From Bacteroidota bacterium (lineage in GTDB: Bacteria > Bacteroidota > Ignavibacteria > Kapaibacteriales > UBA2268), in NCBI GenBank assembly GCA_004322215.1, contig SCSM01000007.1:192071-256070 (forward strand): a stretch of 64,000 nt of DNA. The letters are read 5' to 3'. Shown here one piece after another: positions 40,643 through 50,686 of this stretch; positions within the stretch are counted from its first letter, which is position 1, and each line of letters opens with the position of its first letter. A program made the translations under genes and the position numbers. Below the pieces are notes generated by a model that worked only from the letters and a program-made list of their open reading frames with translations, had not been told where the DNA came from and ran no database searches.

Positions 40643-40766
40643 ATCAGAATTATAAAGAAACCGATAATTAATGGGTCTTTTTTTCCATTTCGAATTAATA
40701 CATAAATTTCTAATTCTTATATTTGCTTTTCAATTATCTTAAATTTATATTTTTTCTTATTACAAA

Positions 40767-41894
40767 ATGAAAAGAACAGCAGTAATAATGGCAGGCGGCT
40801 CAGGCGAGCGATTCTGGCCCCTAAGCCGTGCAAAAAAACCGAAGCAGTTGCTAAGTCTTGCTTCAGAAAAAACTATGCTCGAGGATTCGATTGAAAGAAT
40901 CACGCCTTTAATTAGTAAAGATGATATATTTATTATCACCAGCCAGCTTCTGCTAGAGCCAATCAGGAAAGCATTGACAGAGCTTCCTCCTGAGAACATA
41001 GTGGCTGAGCCATTAAAGAGAAATACTGCCCCCTGTCTTGCTCTTTCTGCCGGTTTCATCGCCGAAAGATATAAAGATGAAGGATCCAGTGAATCAGAAA
41101 TATCAATAGCTGTATTGACTGCAGACCAGAACATTTATCCTAATGATGAATTTATTCGCACTATTGAATCAGCTTTGAATTATGTCGAATCAAATCCTGC
41201 TCTTGCAACCATCGGTATTCAACCGGACAGACCTGAGACAGGATATGGTTATATCGAAGTGAATGAACCATTTTCTAAGATATCAAAAAATCCCGATATT
41301 AAACCAGTAGTCAGATTTCTCGAAAAACCAAGTATTGAGAAAGCCAACGAATTTTTAAAAAAAGGAAATTATCTTTGGAACAGCGGAATGTTTTTCTGGC
41401 GTCTCGATACTTTTATTAATACAATGATAAAATTCACTCCTGAAATAGGTCGCAAAATTGAAGATATTCGAAAAGGATACTCAAAAAAAACCAGGATTGC
41501 TTTGCCGGAAGCACTCGATAGGATTACTCCTATATTCGAGTCTTATCCTAATATCTCAATTGATTATGCCTTGATGGAAAATGCAGATAATGTAGTTGTA
41601 ACTAAAGCAACATTTATATGGGATGACATTGGCTCATGGGATTCTCTCGATAGGGTAAAAAAGCCGGATTCTGATGGAAATATTATTCAGGGTAATACAG
41701 CAATAATAGATACAAAAAATTCAGTGATTATCAATGCATCTATTAAAGACAAAATTATAGCTGGTTTCGGATTAGATGGATTTGTCATTGTTGCAACTGA
41801 TGATGCTATTCTGATTTGTCCGAAAGACAAAGTTCAGGATGTAAAGAAATGTGTCGAGAAAATACGGACTGAAAAAGGCGATAAATACCTGTAA
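40767..41894 (+). CDS. manC: Mannose-1-phosphate guanylyltransferase
   Basis: 375 aa; N-terminal AVIMAGGSGERFWPLSR nucleotidyltransferase motif. Confidence 0.8.
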   Translation: MKRTAVIMAGGSGERFWPLSRAKKPKQLLSLASEKTMLEDSIERITPLISKDDIFIITSQLLLEPIRKALTELPPENIVAEPLKRNTAPCLALSAGFIAERYKDEGSSESEISIAVLTADQNIYPNDEFIRTIESALNYVESNPALATIGIQPDRPETGYGYIEVNEPFSKISKNPDIKPVVRFLEKPSIEKANEFLKKGNYLWNSGMFFWRLDTFINTMIKFTPEIGRKIEDIRKGYSKKTRIALPEALDRITPIFESYPNISIDYALMENADNVVVTKATFIWDDIGSWDSLDRVKKPDSDGNIIQGNTAIIDTKNSVIINASIKDKIIAGFGLDGFVIVATDDAILICPKDKVQDVKKCVEKIRTEKGDKYL

Positions 41895-41899
41895 TAAAT

Positions 41900-43156
41900 A
41901 TGCAAACATTATTCACAAATATCAACTCTCTCGTTACCGTTAATTCAAATGGCTGTCTAAAAAAATGCGGATACGAAATGTCAGACATCGGTGAAATCAA
42001 AGACGGTGCCTTGCTTTTCGATGATAATATTATCTGGGTGGGAACTACTGATGAAGCAAAAAGAAATATCCAATCTGGTGAAATCAAACCTGATAAAATA
42101 GTAGATATGAAAGGCAACACTATCCTACCGGGATTTGTAGATTCTCATACTCATATTGTTTTTGCAGGGGACAGAAGCAACGAATTTGCCAAGCGTCTTC
42201 GTGGTGCAACTTACCAGGAAATCGCTGCTGAAGGGGGAGGCATAATCGCAACTGTTAATGCAGTCAGAAATGCCTCAATTGATGAACTTGTCGAAAATGG
42301 TTTCAAACTTGCAATGAGTGCATTACGTCACGGCACTACAGCAATGGAAATAAAAAGCGGATATGGACTCGATTTGAAAAATGAATTAAAAATGCTCCAG
42401 GCAATTAAGAAATTAAAGGATATGGTTCCGATTACATTAAAATCCACTTTTCTCGGAGCACATGATATCCCGCCTGAATACCAAAACAATAGAGATAAAT
42501 ATGTTGACTTAATCTGTAATGAAATGCTCACTGCTGTTGCAGAGCAAAATCTGGCAGATTATTGCGACGCCTTCATTGATAAAGGATACTATACTATAGA
42601 ACAGGGAGAAAGAATATTCCAAACTGCTCTTGATTTAGGTTTGAAGCTGAAAGTACATGCAGATGAACTTGCTGATGTTTCTGCAGCATCACTTGCGGCA
42701 AAGATGGTTGCAGTTTCTGCCGACCACCTCCTTTTCATTTCTGATAAAGGTATAGAAGACATGAAAAAGTCAGGCACAATTGCAACTCTTCTTCCCGGTA
42801 CCGCATACTTCATAAGGATGCCTTATGCCCCTGCACGAAAGATGCTCGAGGAAGGTCTTGCGGTTGCAATTGCAACAGACTGCAATCCCGGTTCCTGCTT
42901 CACAGAAAACATGCAAATCATTTTATCACTTGCTGTAATCAATATGAAAATGACAGCCGAAGAAGCTATATCTGCCGCTACACTGAACGGCGCCGCCGCA
43001 CTCGAATTATCTGACAGAATGGGTTCGCTCGAACCCGGCAAAGAAGCAAATTTCATTGTTTGTAATACACCTTCATACACTGATATATTTTATCATTTTG
43101 CTGTGAATCATGTCAGTGAGGTGTGGGTGAAAGGAGAAAAATTAATTACTAATTAA
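41900..43156 (+). CDS. hutI: Imidazolonepropionase (amidohydrolase family)
   Basis: 418 aa; ILPGFVDSHTHIVFAGDRSNEFAKRLRGATYQEIAAEGGGIIATVNAVRNAS closely matches the HutI signature region. Confidence 0.75.
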   Translation: MQTLFTNINSLVTVNSNGCLKKCGYEMSDIGEIKDGALLFDDNIIWVGTTDEAKRNIQSGEIKPDKIVDMKGNTILPGFVDSHTHIVFAGDRSNEFAKRLRGATYQEIAAEGGGIIATVNAVRNASIDELVENGFKLAMSALRHGTTAMEIKSGYGLDLKNELKMLQAIKKLKDMVPITLKSTFLGAHDIPPEYQNNRDKYVDLICNEMLTAVAEQNLADYCDAFIDKGYYTIEQGERIFQTALDLGLKLKVHADELADVSAASLAAKMVAVSADHLLFISDKGIEDMKKSGTIATLLPGTAYFIRMPYAPARKMLEEGLAVAIATDCNPGSCFTENMQIILSLAVINMKMTAEEAISAATLNGAAALELSDRMGSLEPGKEANFIVCNTPSYTDIFYHFAVNHVSEVWVKGEKLITN

Positions 43157-43359
43157 AAAATTTTATTTGATGAGTAAATATTTTTATTTTCTATCGTCTT
43201 AATTTTCTTAAAAATACTCATTTCATTACATGATTAATAATAAAAATAAATTACTATGAATAATCAGTATGTGCAAAAATGGCACTTACTAAGAAAAAAT
43301 TTATATAAAGGTGTAGATAATCAATTATTCGTTATTTTTTTCACCACTCGGAGGATTTT

Positions 43360-44364
43360 ATGAAAGTTTTAAAAATTATACTCATTATTTTAGTTTCTCT
43401 TTTTGCATTAATAGTTCTTGTAGGGCTGTTACTGCCTTCCAAAGTATCAATGGAAAGGAAAATCACAATTGATGCTCCTGCTTCTGTTGTATATGGCATT
43501 CTAAATGACATGCACAATTTCCACCTATGGTCACCCTGGACAAGTATGGACTCGAATATGAAATACAAGGTAAGTGGTCCGGCTGGAGTCGGCTCTACTT
43601 ATGAATGGGACAGTAAAGTCTCAGACCTTGGAAAAGGAAAAATGAAAATCATCAAATCAGAGCCAAATAAATACATTCAGGTTCAGCTAAATTTCGGTGA
43701 TGAGGGAAATGATTATTCCCCTTTTAAATTGACTGAAGAAAACGGAAAGACTACAGTTGTATGGGGATTTGATGCTAACCTCGGAAACAGTCCGTTTTTT
43801 AAATACTTTGGTTTGTTTATGGAAAGCATGGCAGGTCCACAATACGATAAGGGTTTGAAGTCTTTAAAGGTAATGGCAGAAAAAATCCATAAAATGATTT
43901 CCGGTATCCCAATCACAATCGAGCAATTCCCGGGTCAAAAGCTTTATTCAGTGCTTGATTCTTGCAAAATGGAAATGAATGAAATATCAGCGGCATATAC
44001 TAAGGCATTTAAAGAAATTGCGGAATTTTGCGGAAAAAACAAAATTCAGTGTACCGGCGCTCCTTTGTCACTGATGAATTCTTACACAAATATTTATTCA
44101 TTTGAAGCATCGTTTCCTGTTGTGGATAATAAATCCAAACTCGAAGGAAGAATCATTGCATCGGCCATTCCTGCTTGCAAAGTAGTCAAGGCAGTATATA
44201 CAGGACCTTATAATAATATGATACCTGCTTACGATAAAATCATTGCTTATATTAAAGATAATAAACTTGAAATTAACGGAAGGTCCTGGGAACAATACAT
44301 CAGCGACCCGAACAGCACTCCAGAGGATAAATTAATCACGCATATATATTTCCCTGTAAAATAA
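43360..44364 (+). CDS. Membrane-anchored SRPBCC (Bet v1-like) domain fused to GyrI-like small-molecule-binding domain
   Basis: 334 aa; N-terminal TM helix, polyketide-cyclase/SRPBCC-like first half, C-terminal half with the GyrI-like pattern. Confidence 0.55.
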   Translation: MKVLKIILIILVSLFALIVLVGLLLPSKVSMERKITIDAPASVVYGILNDMHNFHLWSPWTSMDSNMKYKVSGPAGVGSTYEWDSKVSDLGKGKMKIIKSEPNKYIQVQLNFGDEGNDYSPFKLTEENGKTTVVWGFDANLGNSPFFKYFGLFMESMAGPQYDKGLKSLKVMAEKIHKMISGIPITIEQFPGQKLYSVLDSCKMEMNEISAAYTKAFKEIAEFCGKNKIQCTGAPLSLMNSYTNIYSFEASFPVVDNKSKLEGRIIASAIPACKVVKAVYTGPYNNMIPAYDKIIAYIKDNKLEINGRSWEQYISDPNSTPEDKLITHIYFPVK

Positions 44365-44373
44365 ATTAACAAA

Positions 44374-44400
44374 CCCTGTCAGGAGTTACTCCTGACAGGG
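44374..44400. terminator. Bidirectional terminator hairpin between SRPBCC gene and fusA paralog
   Basis: CCCTGTCAGGAG-tta-CTCCTGACAGGG, 12-bp perfect stem; followed by a U-rich tract on the minus-strand transcript. Confidence 0.7.
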
Positions 44401-44426
44401 AATTTATTGATAAATATTACTAAAAT

Positions 44427-46508
44427 TTATTTCTGTTTTTCCTTCTCTTTTTCCTGGAATTCTTTCAACACTTTTTCCTGTATATCCTTGCTCAAAGCTA
44501 CATATTTGTGAAATTCCATAGAGTAATTAGCTCTTCCGCTCGATATGCTTCTCAATGCAGTAGCATAGCCGAACATTTCCTTCAATGGTACAAATCCGTT
44601 AAGTTTTTGAGAACCTTTCCTGTAACGTCTCATTGATTCGATTTTCCCTCTGCGTTTGCTTAGGTCGCCAACAACGTTTCCTATATAATCATCAGGTGTG
44701 TTGATTTCAATTTTCATTTGCGGTTCGAGGATAATAGGATTCGCCTTCATAAAACCTTCCTTGAAAGCAATTGATGCACATGTTTTGAAAGCCATATCGG
44801 ATGAATCAACTGCATGGAAACTTCCGTCAACAAGCACTACCCTGACATCAACAACAGGCGATTTTGTAAGTATTCCTTCTTCAAGTGTTGCTTCTATTCC
44901 TTTCCTTACCGATGGTATGTACTCTGCAGGAATAGCACCACCTTTAATATGGTCAACAAATTCAAAACCTTTACCGTCATTTGGTTCAAGCCGCAATACT
45001 ACATGTGCGAATTGTCCCTTGCCTCCGGTCTGTTTGACGTGCCGGTAATTACTTTCTGCCTCGATTGTTATTGTTTCACGATAAGCAATGGACGGCTCTC
45101 CCACTTGTGGTTCAACTCCAAATTCGGTTTTCAGCCGGTCAATTATTATTTCAAGGTGAAGCTCACCCATTCCTGAAATAATTGTTTCATTCAATTCCGG
45201 GTCAAAATGAAAGTGGAAAGACGGGTCTTCCATTGCCAGTTTCCTGAGAGATTCACCCAGCTTCTTCTCATCATTTTTTGTTGCAGGTGTAACTTTCATT
45301 TCAATTACGGATGGAGGTATAAATATAGATTCAAGGAAAATCGGGTTCTTCGGGTCACAAAGCGAGTCTCCTGTTTTCGTATTCTTCATTCCAATGAAAG
45401 CAACTATATCCCCTGGGTAGGCAGTATCAACTTCTTCCCTTTCCTTTGCATGAATTTTCATAATCCTGCCGATTCTCTCCATCTGATTTTTTGTTGTATT
45501 CATCACCTGCATCCCTGCTTTGATTTCACCTGAATACACTCTCACAAATGTTTGTTGTCCTACGAACGGGTCATGTATGATTTTGAATGCAAGTGCTGAA
45601 AAAGGGTCTTTATTGCTTGGATGACGCGGATGATTTTTCTCTGCATCGTCAATGTCAATACCCATAACTGCACCCTTATCAATAGGTGATGGAAGATATT
45701 CAACAACTGAATCAAGTAATGTTCGAACTCCTTTATTTTTATATGCAGCCCCGCAAAAGACAGGTGTAATCAAGAGTTTCAGCGTAGCGTCCCTTGCCGC
45801 TTCTTTCAGATAATCTGGTGGAACTTCCTTGCCATCGAGATAAAGTTCCATTATACAATCATTATAATCAGCAAGTTTTTCTATCATGAAAGTTCTTGCT
45901 TCTTCGCATTGCTTTTTGTATTCTTCTGGAACTTCAACAATATTTCTTTTCAAATCTTCTGTGAATAAATGTGCTTTTCTTTCAATTACATCTATCATAC
46001 CATTGAAATTATCTTCTGCTCCGATTGGGATGTAAAAGGGGACTGGATTTGCATTCAGATATTTATCCATAGACTGAACTGCTTCGTGAAAATCCGCACC
46101 GGTTCTGTCCATTTTATTGATGAATGCTATCCTGGGAACTTTGTATCTGTCTGCCTGGTTCCATACGGTTTCACTCTGCGGTTGTACCCCGGCTACGCCA
46201 CAAAAAACGGCAACCATTCCGTCAATAACACGAAGTGAACGTTCCACTTCAACTGTAAAATCCACGTGACCGGGTGTATCTATTATATTAATCTGATTAT
46301 CTTCCCAATTGCAGGAAATTGCAGCAGAGGCAATTGTAATTCCCCTCTCCTGTTCCTGCTTCATAAAGTCCATTGTGGCTTCGCCGTCATGCACTTCTCC
46401 CAATTTGCGTGTTTCACCGGTGAAGAATAACATTCTTTCAGTCACAGTTGTTTTGCCGGCATCAATGTGTGCAGCAATACCTATATTTCGTACATTATTT
46501 AAAGGCAT
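44427..46508 (-). CDS. fusA: Elongation factor G paralog (EF-G2-like) with Lys/Glu-rich C-terminal tail
   Basis: 693 aa; G-domain motifs [21 protein letters not shown]; not in a str operon context; ends ..[11 protein letters not shown]. Confidence 0.85.
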   Translation of the reverse strand: MPLNNVRNIGIAAHIDAGKTTVTERMLFFTGETRKLGEVHDGEATMDFMKQEQERGITIASAAISCNWEDNQINIIDTPGHVDFTVEVERSLRVIDGMVAVFCGVAGVQPQSETVWNQADRYKVPRIAFINKMDRTGADFHEAVQSMDKYLNANPVPFYIPIGAEDNFNGMIDVIERKAHLFTEDLKRNIVEVPEEYKKQCEEARTFMIEKLADYNDCIMELYLDGKEVPPDYLKEAARDATLKLLITPVFCGAAYKNKGVRTLLDSVVEYLPSPIDKGAVMGIDIDDAEKNHPRHPSNKDPFSALAFKIIHDPFVGQQTFVRVYSGEIKAGMQVMNTTKNQMERIGRIMKIHAKEREEVDTAYPGDIVAFIGMKNTKTGDSLCDPKNPIFLESIFIPPSVIEMKVTPATKNDEKKLGESLRKLAMEDPSFHFHFDPELNETIISGMGELHLEIIIDRLKTEFGVEPQVGEPSIAYRETITIEAESNYRHVKQTGGKGQFAHVVLRLEPNDGKGFEFVDHIKGGAIPAEYIPSVRKGIEATLEEGILTKSPVVDVRVVLVDGSFHAVDSSDMAFKTCASIAFKEGFMKANPIILEPQMKIEINTPDDYIGNVVGDLSKRRGKIESMRRYRKGSQKLNGFVPLKEMFGYATALRSISSGRANYSMEFHKYVALSKDIQEKVLKEFQEKEKEKQK

Positions 46509-46640
46509 TTAATAACTCCTAATGCTGAGAGTAGTTTTAAAAAAACTAATTTCAGTAATTCGATTAATCTATAAAGCTAATATTAGACGGTAAAATATAT
46601 TTTATATTTTGAACTATTTGAGTAATTAAGATGAATTATA

Positions 46641-48782
46641 TTAATATTCTATCTGAACAATATTTCCGGTTGATAATGATTCATCGACTGCGAATGTAGT
46701 GAGAGTTACTGCCCTTATGTCTTCATAATTAATAGGCATTTGTTTACCATGTCTTATTGATTCAATTGTCGCAAGAATTTCTTCTCTGTGTCCCTTTTTT
46801 CCGTCGAATCTTTTCCAGTTGGATTTTCCTCCCCTAACTAATTCTACGGAGACAAAATTATTCATCACTGCAATACTGTTCTCACAGAATACTTCACAAT
46901 ATTCCTTATCAACTGAAGTGTCCCCGTTTGAAAGATAATTTATCACCCCGGTCGAGCCGTCTGAGAATTTAATAGTTACTACTATATTATCCCTGTCAAT
47001 TGCTTCCTGGCTGGAGAATGAAAGCGATTCGGCAAATATATGAACCGGTTTTGAACCTGTCAGAAATACCATGCAGTCAACGAAATGACATACCTCACCA
47101 ATAATTCTTCCACCTTGTTCAGGATTTTGAATCCAATGAGTTTTGGGAATAAATCCCGCATTGACTCGATATGAAATGAACATCGGATTTTTTCTGAACT
47201 CAAAGAACTTTGCTATTTCCCTGAATGATTCTGAAAATCTTCGGTTGAAGCCGACCATAACTCTGCCATTGCTATTCAACACTGCTTCATCTATTTCTCT
47301 GAGCTCATCAGGATTGATTGCAAGGGGTTTTTCAACAAATACAGGTTTCCCGGATTTAATTGATTCAAGTACATATTTAGCATGAGTATTATGCCATGAA
47401 GCACAAAAAACTGTATTAACAGCAGGATTATTGATTAACTCTTCTGAATCTGTCGAACTGTAATGAAATCCGAATTTCTTTGCTACGGATTGTGACTCAA
47501 CAGGTGAAGAAGTAGAAACTCCTACAAGAGAAATATCATTTGCTTTCAAACTCGGCAAAATATAAAATTGTGCATGTGAGCCGGCACCAATGAATCCGAT
47601 ATTTATTTCTCGCTTTGGCTCTGATTTGACAGGCATTGTTATTGTCCTCTTCAAATCTACAGATTTATCTTTATACTTGATCAAAATCCCAAGATATTTT
47701 TCTTCAATTTTTCCTGTCAGCATATCATATGCATCAGTTGCAACTTCAATTGGAACAATGTGTGTAGTCAGGGAATTTACATCTAATTTTTTCTGAGACA
47801 TTAACTCGAGTATGGATTGCATATTCCTGTTTTCAGTCCACCTCACATAAGCAGGAGGATAGTCCTGCCCAAGCAGTTCATAGTTGCTGTCGTATCTCCC
47901 TGGACCATAGCTGCATGATATTTTAATATCAAGCTCTTTTTCATAAAACGGGGAACGTGGAATAGTAATTCCGATATCACCGACAATAACAACTTTACCT
48001 TTCTTTCTTGATAATTTTATTGCCAAATCAATAGGTTCATTCGATGGTGTACTTGCTGTTATAATCACAGCATCACAGCCGATACCTTTAGTCAAAGAGG
48101 TTATTGTCTTGACAGAATCAGTATTGCTCGGATAAACAGCATTACAACCATATTCGAGTGCTTTATCGAATAATTCTTCATTGACGTCCATTCCAATGAC
48201 TGTACAGCCCGAAGCTTTGAGAAGTTGAACAGTAATTTGTCCGATTAGCCCCAATCCAATCACAGCAACAGTTTCACCTAATCGGACATCGGCTTGACGT
48301 ACCCCTTGCATTGCTATAGAAGCAACTGTTGTGTAAGCCGCTTCTTCGAAAGATACTCCATCAGGAATCTTTACGGCAAGATTTTTCGGAACGGTTAGCA
48401 CTTCTGCATGTACTGCTATTCCCGCTCCTGCACAGGCAACACGGTCGCCGACAGAAAACTCGTTACATCCCGATTCGAGCACAATACCCGATGCACTATA
48501 ACCCAATACCTTGTAAGAATCAAGCTTCGTCTGTACTTTGTTAAAAGTTGAAATCAACCCTTCTTTTCTGATATTATCAAAAACAGTCTTAACCTGTTCC
48601 GGTTGCTTCTTAGCTCTTTGTATGAGCGATGCCTGTGCGCCAGTTACTGAGGTTTTTTCAGTTCCTGCACTAATCAAAGAGAAAGCAGTTTTTACAAGTA
48701 TTCCTTCTTTCATGCAAAAGGGGGCAGGAAGTTCCTCAACAGAAACCACCCCCGATTTTTGATGCTGTACGACCTGAAGCAT
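46641..48782 (-). CDS. Bi-domain oxidoreductase (N-terminal zinc-type alcohol dehydrogenase/MDR domain + C-terminal Gfo/Idh/MocA domain)
   Basis: 713 aa; MDR Rossmann VAVIGLGLIGQ..; second Rossmann INIGFIGAGSHAQFYILPSL typical of Gfo/Idh/MocA. Confidence 0.7.
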   Translation of the reverse strand: MLQVVQHQKSGVVSVEELPAPFCMKEGILVKTAFSLISAGTEKTSVTGAQASLIQRAKKQPEQVKTVFDNIRKEGLISTFNKVQTKLDSYKVLGYSASGIVLESGCNEFSVGDRVACAGAGIAVHAEVLTVPKNLAVKIPDGVSFEEAAYTTVASIAMQGVRQADVRLGETVAVIGLGLIGQITVQLLKASGCTVIGMDVNEELFDKALEYGCNAVYPSNTDSVKTITSLTKGIGCDAVIITASTPSNEPIDLAIKLSRKKGKVVIVGDIGITIPRSPFYEKELDIKISCSYGPGRYDSNYELLGQDYPPAYVRWTENRNMQSILELMSQKKLDVNSLTTHIVPIEVATDAYDMLTGKIEEKYLGILIKYKDKSVDLKRTITMPVKSEPKREINIGFIGAGSHAQFYILPSLKANDISLVGVSTSSPVESQSVAKKFGFHYSSTDSEELINNPAVNTVFCASWHNTHAKYVLESIKSGKPVFVEKPLAINPDELREIDEAVLNSNGRVMVGFNRRFSESFREIAKFFEFRKNPMFISYRVNAGFIPKTHWIQNPEQGGRIIGEVCHFVDCMVFLTGSKPVHIFAESLSFSSQEAIDRDNIVVTIKFSDGSTGVINYLSNGDTSVDKEYCEVFCENSIAVMNNFVSVELVRGGKSNWKRFDGKKGHREEILATIESIRHGKQMPINYEDIRAVTLTTFAVDESLSTGNIVQIEY

Positions 48783-48886
48783 AGAATTTTTAAATAAAAT
48801 TTGTCATATTATAAACTACAAATTTATTAAATTTCAGGGCAATAAATTATAAATAATTTGGTAAATTATATTGATTTATATGAAAT

Positions 48887-49765
48887 TTGAGCTATAACAT
48901 GAAAAAATATCTATCAAAATCTCAGATTGAAGAATTGAAGCAGGATTTCAAAGAAAATCTTAAGGGTTTCGTTCAGACATTAAAATCAAATGTTTCAACA
49001 AAGTCAAATGAATGGACAATTAAGGGATTTATTGATGTTTTCAAAAATATTTATACTATATCTGCAGATACAAAAATTATTTCAAAAATTTTAGAAATTC
49101 ATATTTTTCCCAAACTTTTAGATTTTGCAAAAGAAAATTCCTTTAAACTTGTTTTACCAGACCATCAAAATTATTATCCAGACATTTCATTGATTCATTC
49201 ACAAAACGATAATATTAAATTCGCAATTGACCTTAAAACTACTTATCGTTTACCCGATAATCCTGATTTCTGTAATGGATTCACTCTTGGCTCCCATGGT
49301 GAATATTTCATAAACAGAAGCAGTAAGAAAAATATTCAATTTCCATATAATGAATATTTAGGTCATTTTTGTTTAGGTATAATTTATACAAGAAATGCCC
49401 CAGAAAATATTGATGAAACAAAAGTATATTCAATTGATAAATTAAAATCCATTTCTTCTGTAATTAAGGATTTTGAATTTTTCGTTTGCGAGAAATGGGA
49501 AATAGCAAGCGACAAGAGCGGTTCCGGAAATACTGCAAATATTGGCAGTATAAATAAAATTGAAGACATTATCAACGGAAATGGAACCTTTAAGAAACTA
49601 GGTGAAAAAATATTTGATGATTATTGGATGAATTATAGAAAAATTTCAATTATAAATGACAAGGGAATCGAAAAGAAAATTACGAAGCTGGTCGAATTTT
49701 TAAATTACAGAGGAATTAAATCTGAAAATATTAACAAAAAAGCAAAAAGAGGAAGGAAAATATGA
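48887..49765 (+). CDS. Type II restriction endonuclease, EcoRV family
   Basis: 292 aa; from memory of EcoRV: HQNYYPDISL / IKFAIDLKTTY (PD..D-x-K catalytic motif), FTLGSHGEYFI, LGHFCLGIIYTR, KWEIASDKSGSGNTANIGSI, DDYWMNYRK, terminal NYRGIK all parallel EcoRV blocks; stop overlaps M gene start (ATGA). Confidence 0.8.
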   Translation: MSYNMKKYLSKSQIEELKQDFKENLKGFVQTLKSNVSTKSNEWTIKGFIDVFKNIYTISADTKIISKILEIHIFPKLLDFAKENSFKLVLPDHQNYYPDISLIHSQNDNIKFAIDLKTTYRLPDNPDFCNGFTLGSHGEYFINRSSKKNIQFPYNEYLGHFCLGIIYTRNAPENIDETKVYSIDKLKSISSVIKDFEFFVCEKWEIASDKSGSGNTANIGSINKIEDIINGNGTFKKLGEKIFDDYWMNYRKISIINDKGIEKKITKLVEFLNYRGIKSENINKKAKRGRKI

Positions 49766-50679
49766 AAATATTTGTTCCTCCAATAAAATGCCAGGGTATA
49801 AAAACCAAACTTGTAAGCTGGATAAAAGATAATTTATCTGATAATAAGTTTGACAGGTGGATTGAACCATTCATGGGTTCAGGTGTCGTTGGATTTAATG
49901 TTCGTCCTCATAAAGCAATTTTTGCAGACACAAATATTCATTTAATCAATTTTTATAATGCTGTTAAAACGGGTGAAATCACACCAGCTATAGCACGATA
50001 TTTCCTGGAATTGGAAGGTATGAAACTTGCTAAATCCGGGCAGAAATACTTCAACGAAGTTCGTGAAAGATTTAATATGGATTTTAAATCCCTTGACTTC
50101 TTATTTTTAAATCGCTCATGCTTTAACGGAATGATTCGATTTAATAGATATGGTAAATTCAATGTTCCATTCGGTCACAAACCAAATAGATTCTCAAAAG
50201 CATACATAACAAAAATTGTAAATCAGATAGATTACATTTCACAAGCTGTGAAAATATTAGATTGGCAGTTTGTTTGCAGGGATTTCAGGGAAACGTTGAA
50301 TGAACTCAATAAAAATGATTTTGTTTACTGCGACCCGCCTTATTTAGGAAGGCATGTTGATTATTTCGATTCATGGAACGAGGAAGATGAAAAAGATTTA
50401 TTCAATTTATTAGACAATTCAAACTGTAAGTATATCCTCTCGACATGGCACAGCAACCAATATAGAAGTAACAAGGAAATTGACAAATATATTCGGCAAA
50501 ACATACAAACAAAGGAGCATTTTTATCATGTCGGAGCCAGCGAGAAAAACCGAAATGCTATGACAGAAGCATTAATATCGAATTATATGCTCCCAAAACA
50601 AAAGATAGATTATACAATACCAACAGGTGTGCAGTTGCAGATTATGGAGCCAAAAAGGAAGTATAAATTAAGAAAGTAA
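49762..50679 (+). CDS. N6-adenine DNA methyltransferase, D12/Dam class, M.EcoRV-like (predicted GATATC)
   Basis: 305 aa; FVPPIKCQGIKTKLV, EPFMGSGVVGFNV (FxGxG SAM motif), LFLNRSCFNGMIRFN, VYCDPPYLGRHVDYF (DPPY), EHFYHVGASEKNR - block for block like M.EcoRV as remembered. Confidence 0.85.
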   Translation: MKIFVPPIKCQGIKTKLVSWIKDNLSDNKFDRWIEPFMGSGVVGFNVRPHKAIFADTNIHLINFYNAVKTGEITPAIARYFLELEGMKLAKSGQKYFNEVRERFNMDFKSLDFLFLNRSCFNGMIRFNRYGKFNVPFGHKPNRFSKAYITKIVNQIDYISQAVKILDWQFVCRDFRETLNELNKNDFVYCDPPYLGRHVDYFDSWNEEDEKDLFNLLDNSNCKYILSTWHSNQYRSNKEIDKYIRQNIQTKEHFYHVGASEKNRNAMTEALISNYMLPKQKIDYTIPTGVQLQIMEPKRKYKLRK

Positions 50680-50686
50680 TTTTAAA

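Noticed and set aside
44698-45533. Several 108-120 aa plus-strand ORFs
   Set aside because: Antisense to EF-G; shadow ORFs.
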